The translations under genes and the position numbers were made by a program. A stretch of 60,939 nt of DNA, the filler included. It is 6 parts of 6 records of this genome, joined end to end, with 100 filler letters (N's around TTAATTAATTAA, not from the genome) between each part and the next. Parts side by side here need not be neighbours in the genome. Positions count along the whole stretch, not along the records: positions 38,236 to 50,006 come from SRR2962707_4239; positions 50,107 to 55,794 come from SRR2962707_4240; positions 55,895 to 60,939 come from SRR2962707_4254; 3 more parts are not named here. One strand, given 5' to 3'. This document shows positions 49,825-60,010 of the stretch, in pieces (position 1 is the stretch's first letter; each line of letters opens with the position of its first letter). Below the pieces are notes generated by a model that ran no database searches, had not been told where the DNA came from, and was given only the letters and a program-made list of their open reading frames with translations.

Positions 49825-49849
49825 GCTTGGGTTCAGAGCTTGTTAGCGA

Positions 49850-50005
49850 TCAGCGCACGATCAGCGTGCCGGCGCCAAACTCGGTGAACAGTTCCACCAG
49901 CACCACGTGGGGCTGCTTGCCATTGAGGATGACGACGCCCTCGACGCCATTGTCGAGCGCCTCCAGGCAGGTTTCGACCTTGGGGATCATGCCGCCCGAA
50001 ATGGT
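49850..50005 (-). CDS. argB: Acetylglutamate kinase C-terminus, 5'-truncated
   Basis: Manual translation: [13 protein letters not shown]...ILNGKQPH...[14 protein letters not shown]. Confidence 0.92.
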   Translation of the reverse strand, partial: TISGGMIPKVETCLEALDNGVEGVVILNGKQPHVVLVELFTEFGAGTLIVR

Positions 50006-50006
50006 G

Positions 50007-50106
50007 NNNNNNNNNNNNNNNNNNNNNNNNNNNNNNNNNNNNNNNNNNNNTTAATTAATTAANNNNNNNNNNNNNNNNNNNNNNNNNNNNNNNNNNNNNN
50101 NNNNNN
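50007..50106. other. Artificial contig spacer
   Basis: N-run with TTAATTAATTAA. Confidence 0.99.
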
Positions 50107-50124
50107 CCCCCCCCCCCCCCCCCC
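50107..50124. repeat. Poly-C run at contig start
   Basis: Homopolymer at the assembly break. Confidence 0.85.
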
Positions 50125-50358
50125 CTCCCTCTCCCCGTACACACATCTACAGTTCACTCACCGACAAACAAGCCAACCCGTGCTCGTAGCAGCGTTGTAG
50201 TTGCAGTACTTTTGTGCAGAATACAAAAAAAGAAAAAACAAACAGCAGCAATCAACAAACCAAACAAACCAAACAAACCACCTCTTTCCACCAACAAACG
50301 AAAACCACAACACGCAGCAGCGAACCCAACTCAGAGAACAGCGCAACAGCAAACAACC

Positions 50359-51744
50359 ATGACGTTCCTTGTCATCTCGGAGTGGACCTCGCACGAGGTC
50401 AGTGCTTTTTTCCTTCAGCAAGGGAATCATGCGACTTTGAAAAAGCTTGCGCTCGAGGCACGCAGGCGCAACATCGATGGCGCGACTCTTGCCTCGATGG
50501 CATCGTCTCTAGCTGCTTTGCAGCGCCTGTTCCACAGCTGGGGATGCCCGGTTCCTAAACCACTGGGCCGCCAACTCTTTTTGTGCATCATGGCTGCTTG
50601 TGGTTCTGAAGAAGTCTCGGACCTGTCGTCCAATCCTAGCCTTGCTTCCACTTGTGACGAGTCCGCGTCAACTGGCTCGGGTACGGTGGATGCTTTTAAG
50701 ACTGACACCCGCGACAGTGCCAAAGAAAAATCCCTGACTTCTGTGACACACGACACATCTGACGCATCACGCGCTCCATCTTCGACGTGTGACATGACCG
50801 CAGGGCGCCATGCAGTCAAAGTTCCGCGCTTTTTCAAAGCCTGGATGCAAGCCAAAAGCAGCTTGTGGGTAGCACAGCACGCACATGTTCGCGACTTGGC
50901 AATGTTGATGGATGACATCCAACGCTTCTACCATCAGCTGACACGCAACGTTTTCTCTGGAGGTCGTGCGTTTGCTGAAGCGGTTGCCAAACTTGTGCTT
51001 GGAGTCCCTCAGCACGTGTTTCTATCCGTCGGCCAAGCCCTTCAAAAGATGCGCGCTCAAGGGCTCATTCAAGATGGCGCATCGTACTACAGCCCAGATG
51101 TGCTGCCGGATGACGTGGCGTGTGCTTTGGAGCGTGTACGTTGCGAATGCAACAAGCTCCACTCGCTGCGTCTTGACCAACACCACCATGCAGCAAAACC
51201 ACAAGTTGTTGAGTGCCTACTGACTCTCGCCGAGTTTGTTCTCACCAAGTTCTGTCTCCCCACGAGTGCGATCAACAATCCGGCGGCTGACATGGAACAC
51301 TTCAAACTTGCGGAAATGGCAGACTCAGCATTGACTCCCTCCTCGAATGACAGCACCCTGGCAGAAACTCGTCGTGGTTCATCTCCTGTGGCCAGTCGGT
51401 GCACATCCCCATCGAAGACGTACCACGATCATGTTTTTGGAGTCCTTGGCGAAGGTACCGGCTTTTTTGACGAGCATGTGTTCACCACAATCGACACACA
51501 TGAGGTTGAAAAACCGAGCTTTGGAAGCGGGTGGACATGGAGCAAAGCAGGTATGCCAGATGATGCTTTGTCGCTCGGTGACACTCAGCCTCTTGCCACG
51601 CTCTTCAAAACGCCAAATGGTTCAGCCGCAACTTTCCATCACGAGGCACTGCAGAGCCACCATGCAGCAATGCAGCGTCACAACCATATCATGACCAAGT
51701 TTCAGGAACGGTTCGCGAACTTTGGCGGGTTGCAAGCAAGCTGA
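50359..51744 (+). CDS. Eukaryotic hypothetical protein with N-terminal SAM-like segment
   Basis: 461-codon ORF, AACCATG context after an A/C-rich leader; EWTSHEV...IDGATL pattern; AT-rich 3' region. Confidence 0.65.
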   Translation: MTFLVISEWTSHEVSAFFLQQGNHATLKKLALEARRRNIDGATLASMASSLAALQRLFHSWGCPVPKPLGRQLFLCIMAACGSEEVSDLSSNPSLASTCDESASTGSGTVDAFKTDTRDSAKEKSLTSVTHDTSDASRAPSSTCDMTAGRHAVKVPRFFKAWMQAKSSLWVAQHAHVRDLAMLMDDIQRFYHQLTRNVFSGGRAFAEAVAKLVLGVPQHVFLSVGQALQKMRAQGLIQDGASYYSPDVLPDDVACALERVRCECNKLHSLRLDQHHHAAKPQVVECLLTLAEFVLTKFCLPTSAINNPAADMEHFKLAEMADSALTPSSNDSTLAETRRGSSPVASRCTSPSKTYHDHVFGVLGEGTGFFDEHVFTTIDTHEVEKPSFGSGWTWSKAGMPDDALSLGDTQPLATLFKTPNGSAATFHHEALQSHHAAMQRHNHIMTKFQERFANFGGLQAS

Positions 51745-52094
51745 AAATCTTTGTGTACGAACAGCCACGTCACGAAAGTGTGAATGAAGGAGAGAAACAC
51801 AACTAGGAGAGTACACTTGCTGTCTCCCGGAATGAAGAAAATATATATATAAAAAACAATCAACGTAGGACAATCGTGCCACGTTTGTTGTGCTAACTAA
51901 GAATCCAAAGTGACAGATACCAGTTCACATTCATACCGCAATCACTCAAAAGAGCCTGTTGCGAAATATTTTGAAGTTATGAATTTCTAAAATTAAAATG
52001 ACGAAGCGCAGTCAATCAAGCACCTAAGTTCCCACGTTCGTGATAGGAACTATTGGTGGTGAAGGATGGGGACCAGCTGCAAAGTTGCATGTGT

Positions 52095-55000
52095 TTACTT
52101 TGACGCAGTCTTGCCGTCAAGCGCAGCAAGCATAAGGTCATTGAGCTGGCCGAGCATTCGGCGTGGGTCGTCCACGAGTCCAGCTGTGATCAGCGCATTA
52201 TCGAAGAGCTGGTTCACAATGATCGGAGCGACACCTGCGACGGCGGGAGCAGTAGCCTCGCCAGTCTCGCTCTGGGTAGCTTCTCCAACTTCCACAACCT
52301 CATCGGTTGCCAACTGGTCACGGGCGACCTGCTCCCACAGTCCACGAATGATTGGATGGTTCGGATTGATCTCGAGCACCTGAGTTCGGCCGTAAATGTC
52401 ATCCATGCCGGCCGCATCGCCCGCGTGCTGCACAAACTGGTTCATGCGCCGCAAAGACGCAGATTCGTGCCCAGTGATCACGGCAGGCGAGCCAACCAAC
52501 CGTTTCGTCACCTTGACTGCTTTCACTTTTTGTCCAAGAGTTTCCTTCATAAACTTTGCAAGAGCTTCTTGGTCCTCTGTCGACAGTGGCCCAGCAGCCT
52601 GCACCCCAACACATTCCAAAGCACCAAACAATAATCAGAAACAAGACCCCGTCATCCAGAGAACTTCAAGCATCATCGTAAGTCTGCTCAAAGCACGTAC
52701 ATCCGCTGTTGGCGCATCATCGTCCTTCTGGTCCTCGAGGAAATCCAGGTTTCCAGACTCAGCGTCGACAATGTCACGCTTGTTGTATGAACGGAGGTTT
52801 GACATGACAAAATCATCGATAGGCGACGTCAGGATCAATACCTCCACCTGCTCCTTCTGGAAGACTTCATAGTAGGCAGATGCGAGGGCTGTTGCGCGGT
52901 CTGGAGCCACGAGGTAATAAATTTTGTCCTGTGAACACACAACCAGCAAAGTACGATCATGTTGCATGTCTATGACGCCCCTTCCCCGCGCTCTGGTGTT
53001 TGCCAAAGTGCGCCAACTTACTTGTGCCGGAGTGAGCCTGGTGATGTACTCGTCCAACGACGTGAGCTCATTCTCATCAATGGAAGATGAATTGAAGCGC
53101 AGCAGCTAGTATACACAAAAACCACGGTTACAGTGGTGACGATGACAGGAGACGGGCAGAGATGGCGTGGAAACCCGAATCACGATACACCAATAGCTCC
53201 ACAACATCGACATTTCAAGTTCTGTACTAAACAAATGCACGTACCTTTGCAAGTTCGTCACGGTAATCAAAGTGGGTGCAGACCCCTTCTTTCAAGAACT
53301 GTCCGTATTCTCGGAAAAAGCCGACATATTCCTCAGGGTCTTTTTTGGCCTCCTGCCATGACAAAAACACGAAATTCAAGAGCGCATTCCATCGGCCAAC
53401 TATTATCGTGCAACAATGCTAAATGATTTTGAACTCAGTGAGGCGAAATCGTGCGTACGTCTGCAAAGTGCTTGAGTAGTCGCTTGGTGATCACGTTGGA
53501 AATCTTGCGCACAAGCGCGCTGTCTTGCATGCTTTCGCGTGATATGTTCAGCGGAATGTCCTCGCTGTCCACCTGAGACAAATCAGTTTGAGGGGACGGC
53601 ACCGCAGCAATAACGGCGGAGTAAGTTAGTCGTAACGCATGTAAACCATAAAAACCTCAAGGAAATCAATGAACAGACTGCATCGAAGTCAAACACTTAC
53701 AACTCCGTGCACGAAGCGCAGGAAATCTGGGAGAAGACTTTTAGACTTGCCCTCAATCAAAACCTTGCGACTATACAGGCTGTGGTTGGGCTCCATTCGA
53801 CCCATGCCGTACTTTTCCATGTGAGTTTGCCCAACGAAGAACAAAGCCTGTGGCAAGTGTGCAGGCACAAAGGAAGCACGAAGCGGCAGGCATCACACTT
53901 CACGTGCCATTAAACATCGTGTGTATGGTCGACAGCTAAGACAGCGAGCACGTGTAAATTGCGTACCTGGAGAGATATTGGTGCATCTGCCGAAAAATGC
54001 ATCACGCTGCGTGGTTCATCGAAAGCATTGGCAATGTAGCGGTAAAATTCCGTGTACTGATCCTTCGAGACACTGTTTTTCGACATCGCCCAGAGAGCCT
54101 GCACGGTATTGACGCGCTCTCCGTTGACAAGAATCGGGAAGTTAACAAAGTTGGAGTATCTGCAAAAACCAGACATCTTCAGCTGTTGAAACGTGTGCGT
54201 GTACAGTACCAGACAAATCAACAGGCCCGGGTTTACATACTTTTTGATCACTGAGCGGACGTGTGCAGCGTCGGCAAACTCGGCACAGTCTTCGCGCAGT
54301 TTGATTACGATTGTGGAGCCACGCGGCACGTCCTCCGCCTCGGTGACTTCGTAGTCTCCAACTCCTACATACAATTGAATGGCAGGCGCGCAGCAGCGAT
54401 GTTACCAGCTGCAACAGTCGAACCTGAATGTTTTGACAAAAAACCGTCAACCCCACAATACTAAATCGCACCTTGAGAACTCCACAGCCGAGCTTCTTGC
54501 TCTGGATCCGCTGATTTCGAAAAAACGTCAACCTGATCTGCTACCATAAAAGCAGAATAGAACCCAACGCCAAATTGACCAATCAGGCTTTCACCGATAC
54601 TCGAGTTTGCACCTGCACCAGCCTGCGCCGCGGCTTGCATGAAGGCCTTTGTTCCAGATTTTGCAATGGTACCTATTCGAGTTGATCGAGCAAACAATTG
54701 AACGGTCAGTCACAATTTCAGAACATCACTTCTGAAAACTGGTGCTGTGTGCCCGACGTGTCGAGTCGGTTGTTCAGAAAAACAAGGGACGCCAAACACA
54801 CCAAGGCATTCATGAAGCTCGTCTTCTGACAAGCCAATTCCAGTGTCTTGAATAGTGATGGTTCGGTTCTCGGGGTCGACCGTGATGCTGATCTGAAGTT
54901 CAGCAGATTCATCCACCACCGGTTCACCCGACACTGAGCGGTGACGAACTTTTTCCAAAGCATCCGAAGCATTGGAGATCAACTCGCGGATAAAAACTTC

Positions 55001-55381
55001 TTTGTCCGTGTACAGCGACCTCGAGACAATGTCTAGCAGTTGGCTCGTTTCAGCCTGGAAGCTGTGCCGAGAGCGTGCGGATCCTTCTTTCGCGTGAGCA
55101 GCGGGCCCAGCAGGGGTTTCGGCTTCGCCCGTGGCTGGTTCCACGCCGCCATCTTCGGAGGATTCAGAAGAGGGAGAAGCCTCTGAGGCAAACGTGCGAA
55201 ACGGGAATCGCTTCGCTTGCTGATGCTGGACGCGAAGCATTCCGACCGGACGACGACGTGAGTGGGTCAGAACCGCAGCAGACGACAAGCGTGAGGCGAC
55301 ACGACTGCTGCTGGAAAATCCGCGCCACATCGTAGTGGCGGTGGCTTGCGCAGCCTTCAAGGCATGGCGGTTGAACAACAT
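52095..55381 (-). CDS. TRAP1: Mitochondrial HSP90 (TRAP1/HSP75), 10 exons, 760 aa
   Basis: Exons 55381-54802, 54672-54472, 54364-54241, 54159-53967, 53847-53701, 53572-53459, 53352-53245, 53105-53022, 52928-52701, 52598-52095 (2283 nt, in frame, all GT-AG). [53 protein letters not shown]; Arg/Ser-rich transit peptide; no MEEVD or KDEL. Confidence 0.92.
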
Positions 55382-55768
55382 CGATGGACGAAACAATGAG
55401 CGGATGGAGCAAGCCCACTGAGGACCAGCAAAATTCAGTCGACAGCAACGAAGGAGTGCGTCAACAGTAAGCTCTGGCGTCTCGGGCAAGAAAGCAAAAA
55501 GTTAAAAGAAAGAAAAAAGAAAAACGAAAAAACGAAAGGAGCTTCTCCAGAACTGCGCGCCGGTGAAAACGCTCGAACGCCCAGCGGTTCCGAGGCTCCT
55601 GTCCGCAGGGTGGGACTCACTGCGGGCAGCCCCCAGGGTGTTCACTCGAACTAGCGAGGCTCTCAGTGCGAGGGACTCCCCAAGCAGCATGAACTCGTTG
55701 CTTGCCAAAGACACACACGTTCAACCACTAACTACTACCGACGAGCGAGAAGGGTGGGCGAGCGGCCA

Positions 55769-55794
55769 ACACACACACACACACACACACACAC
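55769..55794. repeat. (AC)n microsatellite at contig end
   Basis: Dinucleotide run into the gap. Confidence 0.92.
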
Positions 55795-55894
55795 NNNNNN
55801 NNNNNNNNNNNNNNNNNNNNNNNNNNNNNNNNNNNNNNTTAATTAATTAANNNNNNNNNNNNNNNNNNNNNNNNNNNNNNNNNNNNNNNNNNNN
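55795..55894. other. Artificial contig spacer
   Basis: N-run with TTAATTAATTAA. Confidence 0.99.
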
Positions 55895-56833
55895 GGTGGT
55901 GAAATCCTGCAGCCGTGTGCCGATCGCCAGAACCGCATCGGCTTCTTCCGCCAGCGTATTGGCCGCCGCCGTACCGGTAACACCGACCGAACCCATATTG
56001 AGTGTGTGATCATGGGGCAGGCTGGACTTGCCGGCCTGAGTTTCCAGCACCGGCACGCCATAGCGCTCGGCAAAGCTGCGCAGCGTCGCGCCAGCCTCAG
56101 AATACAACACGCCACCGCCGGCAATGATCACCGGCTTCTTGGCCTTGATCAGCGCGGTTGCGGCGTTGGCGAACTCATCGCCATCCGGCATGGGGCGGCG
56201 CACGCCCCAGATCTTTTCGGCAAAGAAACTTTCGGGATAGTCATAGGCCTCGGCCTGCACGTCCTGACACAGGCTCAGTGTCACCGGGCCGCATTCGGCC
56301 GGATCAGTCAGCACCTGCATGGCCCGGCGCAGGGCGGGGATGATCTGCTCGGGGCGCGTGATGCGGTCGAAATAGCGGCTGATGGGCTTGAAGCAATCAT
56401 TGGCGGTGACACTGCCATCGCCCCAATCTTCGACCTGCTGCAGCACGGGATCGGGCAGGCGGTTGGCAAATACATCACCTGGGAGCAGCAGCACGGGCAG
56501 CCGGTTCACATGCGCCAGAGCGGCCGCGGTGACCATGTTCAGTGCCCCTGGGCCGATCGAACTGGTGCAGGCCATGAAGCGACGGCGGAAGCTTGCCTTG
56601 GCATAGGCAATGGCGGCATTGGCCATGCCCTGCTCATTCTGCGCCCGATAGGTGGGCAGCGTATCCTTGACGCCGTGCAGCGCCTCGCCCAGACCAGCCA
56701 CATTGCCGTGCCCGAAGATCGCGAACACGCCGCCGAAGATCGGCACGATTTCGCCGTCGATCTCGGTCTTCTGCATGGTCATGAAACGGGCCACGGCTTG
56801 GGCCATTGTCAGTCGAACGGTGTTCTGGCTCAT
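55895..56833 (-). CDS. iolD: Trihydroxycyclohexane-1,2-dione hydrolase, 3'-truncated
   Basis: RLTMAQA, IFGHGNVAGLG, NEQGMA, PDPVLQQ, GTRLQDFTT. Confidence 0.95.
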
Positions 56834-56919
56834 CGCCTCAGTCCTTGTCGTCGGCGCCATGGGCGCCTGCATGTCATTTTGTCCAAGCCTATCACAGCCA
56901 GACGGTGCGGGCAGGGATG

Positions 56920-58845
56920 TCAGGCCGGTTTGTGATCGCCCAGACGTTCCCACACCGCGACCAGCGCGCCGAAGCGTTGTGCCATGTCGGCAATGGCCTC
57001 TTCGTCGCTCATGGAGCCCGCCAGCCATGCCTTGGCGGCGGCAGCGAAGATGGTGCGCCCCACAGCAAAGCCGCGGACCTGGCGGGAGGTGTGCGCGAGG
57101 GCAAACCCAGCTTCCAGCGCTTCATGGCTGGCTTCAAGCCCGAGCAGCACAATGCCGCGACAGAGCGGGTCGCGCGCTTCGATGACCTGATCGATGGCGC
57201 TCCAGGCTGCAGCACTGGTTTGCGGCTCCAGTTTCCACCAGTCGGGCCGAATGCCGGCATCGTAGATCTCGGTCATGGCGCGGGCGATGGTGTCATCCCC
57301 CAGCGTGCCATGCTTGCCAGCGATGATCTCAACCAGCAGGTCCCGGCCAATTTTGCGGGCGGCGTCGTGGGCGGCGCCCAGTTTGGCGATATGCTCGGCC
57401 CTGAGGGCGGCAGGATCGTCGGGGTGAAAGAAGCACAGCACCTTGATAGCGTGCTCGACCGGCCAGTCGATAATACGGCTGCCGATGTCCTGGCTGAATT
57501 CGAACTGCAGCGGCCGCGAGCCGGGCAACTCGATGGGGCGGGCAATCCAGAAGCCCTGGGCTTCGGCGGCAAACAGCGCTTTGCGGCCATGCTTGTCGTC
57601 GAGCAGCATGCCAAAGCCCGGCCGACCATCCGCAATGCGTGACGCCGCCGTTACGGCAAGTTCCTTGAAGGCGGAAATCGACGCTTCCGTCGCGCCGGGG
57701 ATTTCCTCAAGCTGGCTGCGATGATCAATCGCCAGCGCCATCAGCTTTGGCCAGGCGCGGCGGCGTGTGGTCGCCCAGTGGATATGATTGAGATCGTCGT
57801 CATTGCGCAGGGCGCGCTTGGGGCTGCCCTTGGTCATGAAGTGATCGAGCTCGGCCCAGCTGGGGTATTCCGGCGAACACATCAGGCGCGATACGGCGAA
57901 GGCGCCGCAGGCATTGGCCCAGGTGGCGCTGGTGGCGTGGCTCTCGCCGCTCAGCCAGCCGCGCAACCAGCCGCTCATGAAGGCGTCGCCCGCCCCCAGC
58001 ACATTATAGACCTCGATGGGGAAACCTTCACCGACGATGCCGGCTTCCAGATCATCGGGGATGGCACCATCATAGACGATGCAGCCCATGGGCCCGCGCT
58101 TCAAGACAATCGTAGCGGAGGAAAGGCCACGGATCGTCCTGAGCGCGGAGAGCAGGTCGGCTTCACCGGAGGCAATGAGGACCTCCTCTTCGGTGCCGAC
58201 GATCAGGTCACAGTCGGGCAGCACCGACTGGTATTTTTGCGAGACGATGTCGGAGGCGACATAGCGCTCAAAGCCTGCATCATGGCCGGCAAGGCCCCAC
58301 AGATTGGGGCGGTAATCAATGTCGAAGGCAATACGGGCGCCACTGGCCTTGGCAATGCGGATCGCCTTTTTCTGCGCCGCTTCGCTATTGGGGCGCGAGA
58401 AGTGGGTGCCGGTAACCACGATGGAACGGGCAGAGGCGATCAGGGCTTCATCGATATCGCCTTCGTCCAGTGCCATGTCGGCGCAGTCGGTGCGATAAAA
58501 GATCATGGGCGAGACGCCCTCGGCCTCGACCGAAAGCAGCACCAGCGCCGTCAGGCGCGCGGGGTCGGTGGCTATACCGGCAGTTTCAACGCCCTCGCGG
58601 GCTAGCTGTTCGGTGATGAAGCGGCCCATCTGTTCGTGGCCGACGCGGGTGATCAGCGCCGACTTCAGCCCCAGCCGGGCCGTGCCCACCGCAATATTGG
58701 CGGGGCAGCCGCCCACGGATTTGGCAAAGCTGCCGACGTCTTCAAGCCGCGTGCCGATCTGCTGGCCATACAGGTCCACTGAAGCGCGCCCGATGGTAAT
58801 GACATCGAGCGTTTTCGTCCCGTGTTCGGGCTGCGCGTTTGTCAC
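56920..58845 (-). CDS. iolC: 5-dehydro-2-deoxygluconokinase with C-terminal DUF2090 aldolase-like domain
   Basis: IGRASVDLYGQQ, DYRPNLW, NVLGAGDAF; AIDHR, PDWWKL, GFAVGRTIF. Confidence 0.95.
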   Translation of the reverse strand: MTNAQPEHGTKTLDVITIGRASVDLYGQQIGTRLEDVGSFAKSVGGCPANIAVGTARLGLKSALITRVGHEQMGRFITEQLAREGVETAGIATDPARLTALVLLSVEAEGVSPMIFYRTDCADMALDEGDIDEALIASARSIVVTGTHFSRPNSEAAQKKAIRIAKASGARIAFDIDYRPNLWGLAGHDAGFERYVASDIVSQKYQSVLPDCDLIVGTEEEVLIASGEADLLSALRTIRGLSSATIVLKRGPMGCIVYDGAIPDDLEAGIVGEGFPIEVYNVLGAGDAFMSGWLRGWLSGESHATSATWANACGAFAVSRLMCSPEYPSWAELDHFMTKGSPKRALRNDDDLNHIHWATTRRRAWPKLMALAIDHRSQLEEIPGATEASISAFKELAVTAASRIADGRPGFGMLLDDKHGRKALFAAEAQGFWIARPIELPGSRPLQFEFSQDIGSRIIDWPVEHAIKVLCFFHPDDPAALRAEHIAKLGAAHDAARKIGRDLLVEIIAGKHGTLGDDTIARAMTEIYDAGIRPDWWKLEPQTSAAAWSAIDQVIEARDPLCRGIVLLGLEASHEALEAGFALAHTSRQVRGFAVGRTIFAAAAKAWLAGSMSDEEAIADMAQRFGALVAVWERLGDHKPA

Positions 58846-58908
58846 GGCGATCCTCCCATGCGGCCAACGGCCAATCAGTCTTCATCCAGCGATCTGGATG
58901 CCGATTAT

Positions 58909-58954
58909 GAAACATAGGTTCCGGCGTTTCGTCAATATAGAACGCGCGTTCTAT
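58909..58954. promoter_or_regulatory. Two IolR-like operators upstream of iolC
   Basis: GAAA-N6-TTCC (58909-58922) and perfect palindrome ATAGAACGCGCGTTCTAT (58937-58954). Confidence 0.7.
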
Positions 58955-58964
58955 TTGTGGAATG

Positions 58965-59807
58965 TCAGCCCCGGCGCCGCTTTTCCGCAATGCTAACCGT
59001 CAGCGCCATGGCAAAAGCCATGCTCGCCGATAACGAGCGGAAACCGGCATGGTCGGCCTCGACCACTTCGAACCATTCTTGGGAGCACTCTGCCAGTGGC
59101 GAGAAAGCCGAGTCGGTCAGCGACACCACCGGGATGTCGCGTGCCGCCAGCGCCCGCGCCTGCGCCGCGCTTTCAGAAGCATAGGGGGCGTAACTGATGG
59201 CGAAGGCAGCATCTTGCGGTGTGGCCATGGCCAGCAGGTCATCATCGGTCCCCGCAGAGGTGCCGACCAACTGGCACTTCACCCGCAGCTTGCCAAAGGC
59301 GTAGGCCATGTAATTGGTGATGGGGTAGGAGCGGCGCTTGGCGATCAGATAAATGGCGTCGGCACCTGCCAGTAGCGTCACCGCACGTTCCAGCTGATCG
59401 GGATCCACGGCGGCGGCAATGGCGTCAATGGATCGGTGCCCGGCAGCCAGAAAGCCGTTGAGCAGGCTGGTGCTCTCGGCAATTGTGGTGTCGCCGGCTT
59501 CTAGCGCCTTGAGCCGGTCGTCATAGGATGAGGTGCGCTCCCTCAATCGGGCGCGGAACAGCAATTGCAGGCCGGAAAAGCCGTCAAACCCGAAATGCTG
59601 GGCAAAGCGCACCAGCGTTGACGGTTGCACATTGGCTGACAGGGCAATGCTGGCTGCCGTGCCAAAGGCGATCTCGTCGGGATTATCCAGCGCATAGGCC
59701 GCGACCTGGCTCAACCGCTTGGGCAGTTCGCTCTTGCGCTCGATAATCGCGGTGCGCAGGGCATCAAAATCCTGCGGTGGCTCGGCTGTGGCGGTGACTT
59801 CAGACAT
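58965..59807 (-). CDS. iolR: RpiR-family inositol regulator
   Basis: LPKRL, VQPSTLVRFA HTH plus SIS domain; upstream of iolC. Confidence 0.88.
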   Translation of the reverse strand: MSEVTATAEPPQDFDALRTAIIERKSELPKRLSQVAAYALDNPDEIAFGTAASIALSANVQPSTLVRFAQHFGFDGFSGLQLLFRARLRERTSSYDDRLKALEAGDTTIAESTSLLNGFLAAGHRSIDAIAAAVDPDQLERAVTLLAGADAIYLIAKRRSYPITNYMAYAFGKLRVKCQLVGTSAGTDDDLLAMATPQDAAFAISYAPYASESAAQARALAARDIPVVSLTDSAFSPLAECSQEWFEVVEADHAGFRSLSASMAFAMALTVSIAEKRRRG

Positions 59808-59867
59808 GCGGGTCCTCGCTATTGCGCCGCCATCTTCCCCAAACTGCGCCAGCATTCAAGTCTTTTT

Positions 59868-59881
59868 GGAAAGCCTGTTCC
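59868..59881. promoter_or_regulatory. IolR operator upstream of iolR
   Basis: Exact GGAA-AGCCTG-TTCC. Confidence 0.72.
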
Positions 59882-59975
59882 AAAGGTGGAATGAAACACG
59901 ATGCCCTGGTGGACCCCGTTGAACCGCTCACCAGCAGAATACAATATGCCCACCGCGCGGGGACAACTGGGCATG

Positions 59976-60005
59976 AAAAAGGGCCGCCTGTTGGCGACCC
60001 CCTTG
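59976..60005 (-). terminator. Terminator of the DMT gene
   Basis: Minus strand GGGTCGCC-AACA-GGCGGCCC followed by TTTTT. Confidence 0.7.
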
Positions 60006-60010
60006 GCATA

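Noticed and set aside
50107..55794. Eukaryote-to-bacterium horizontal transfer
   Set aside because: Bounded by artificial spacers; introns and microsatellite indicate a separate eukaryotic contig
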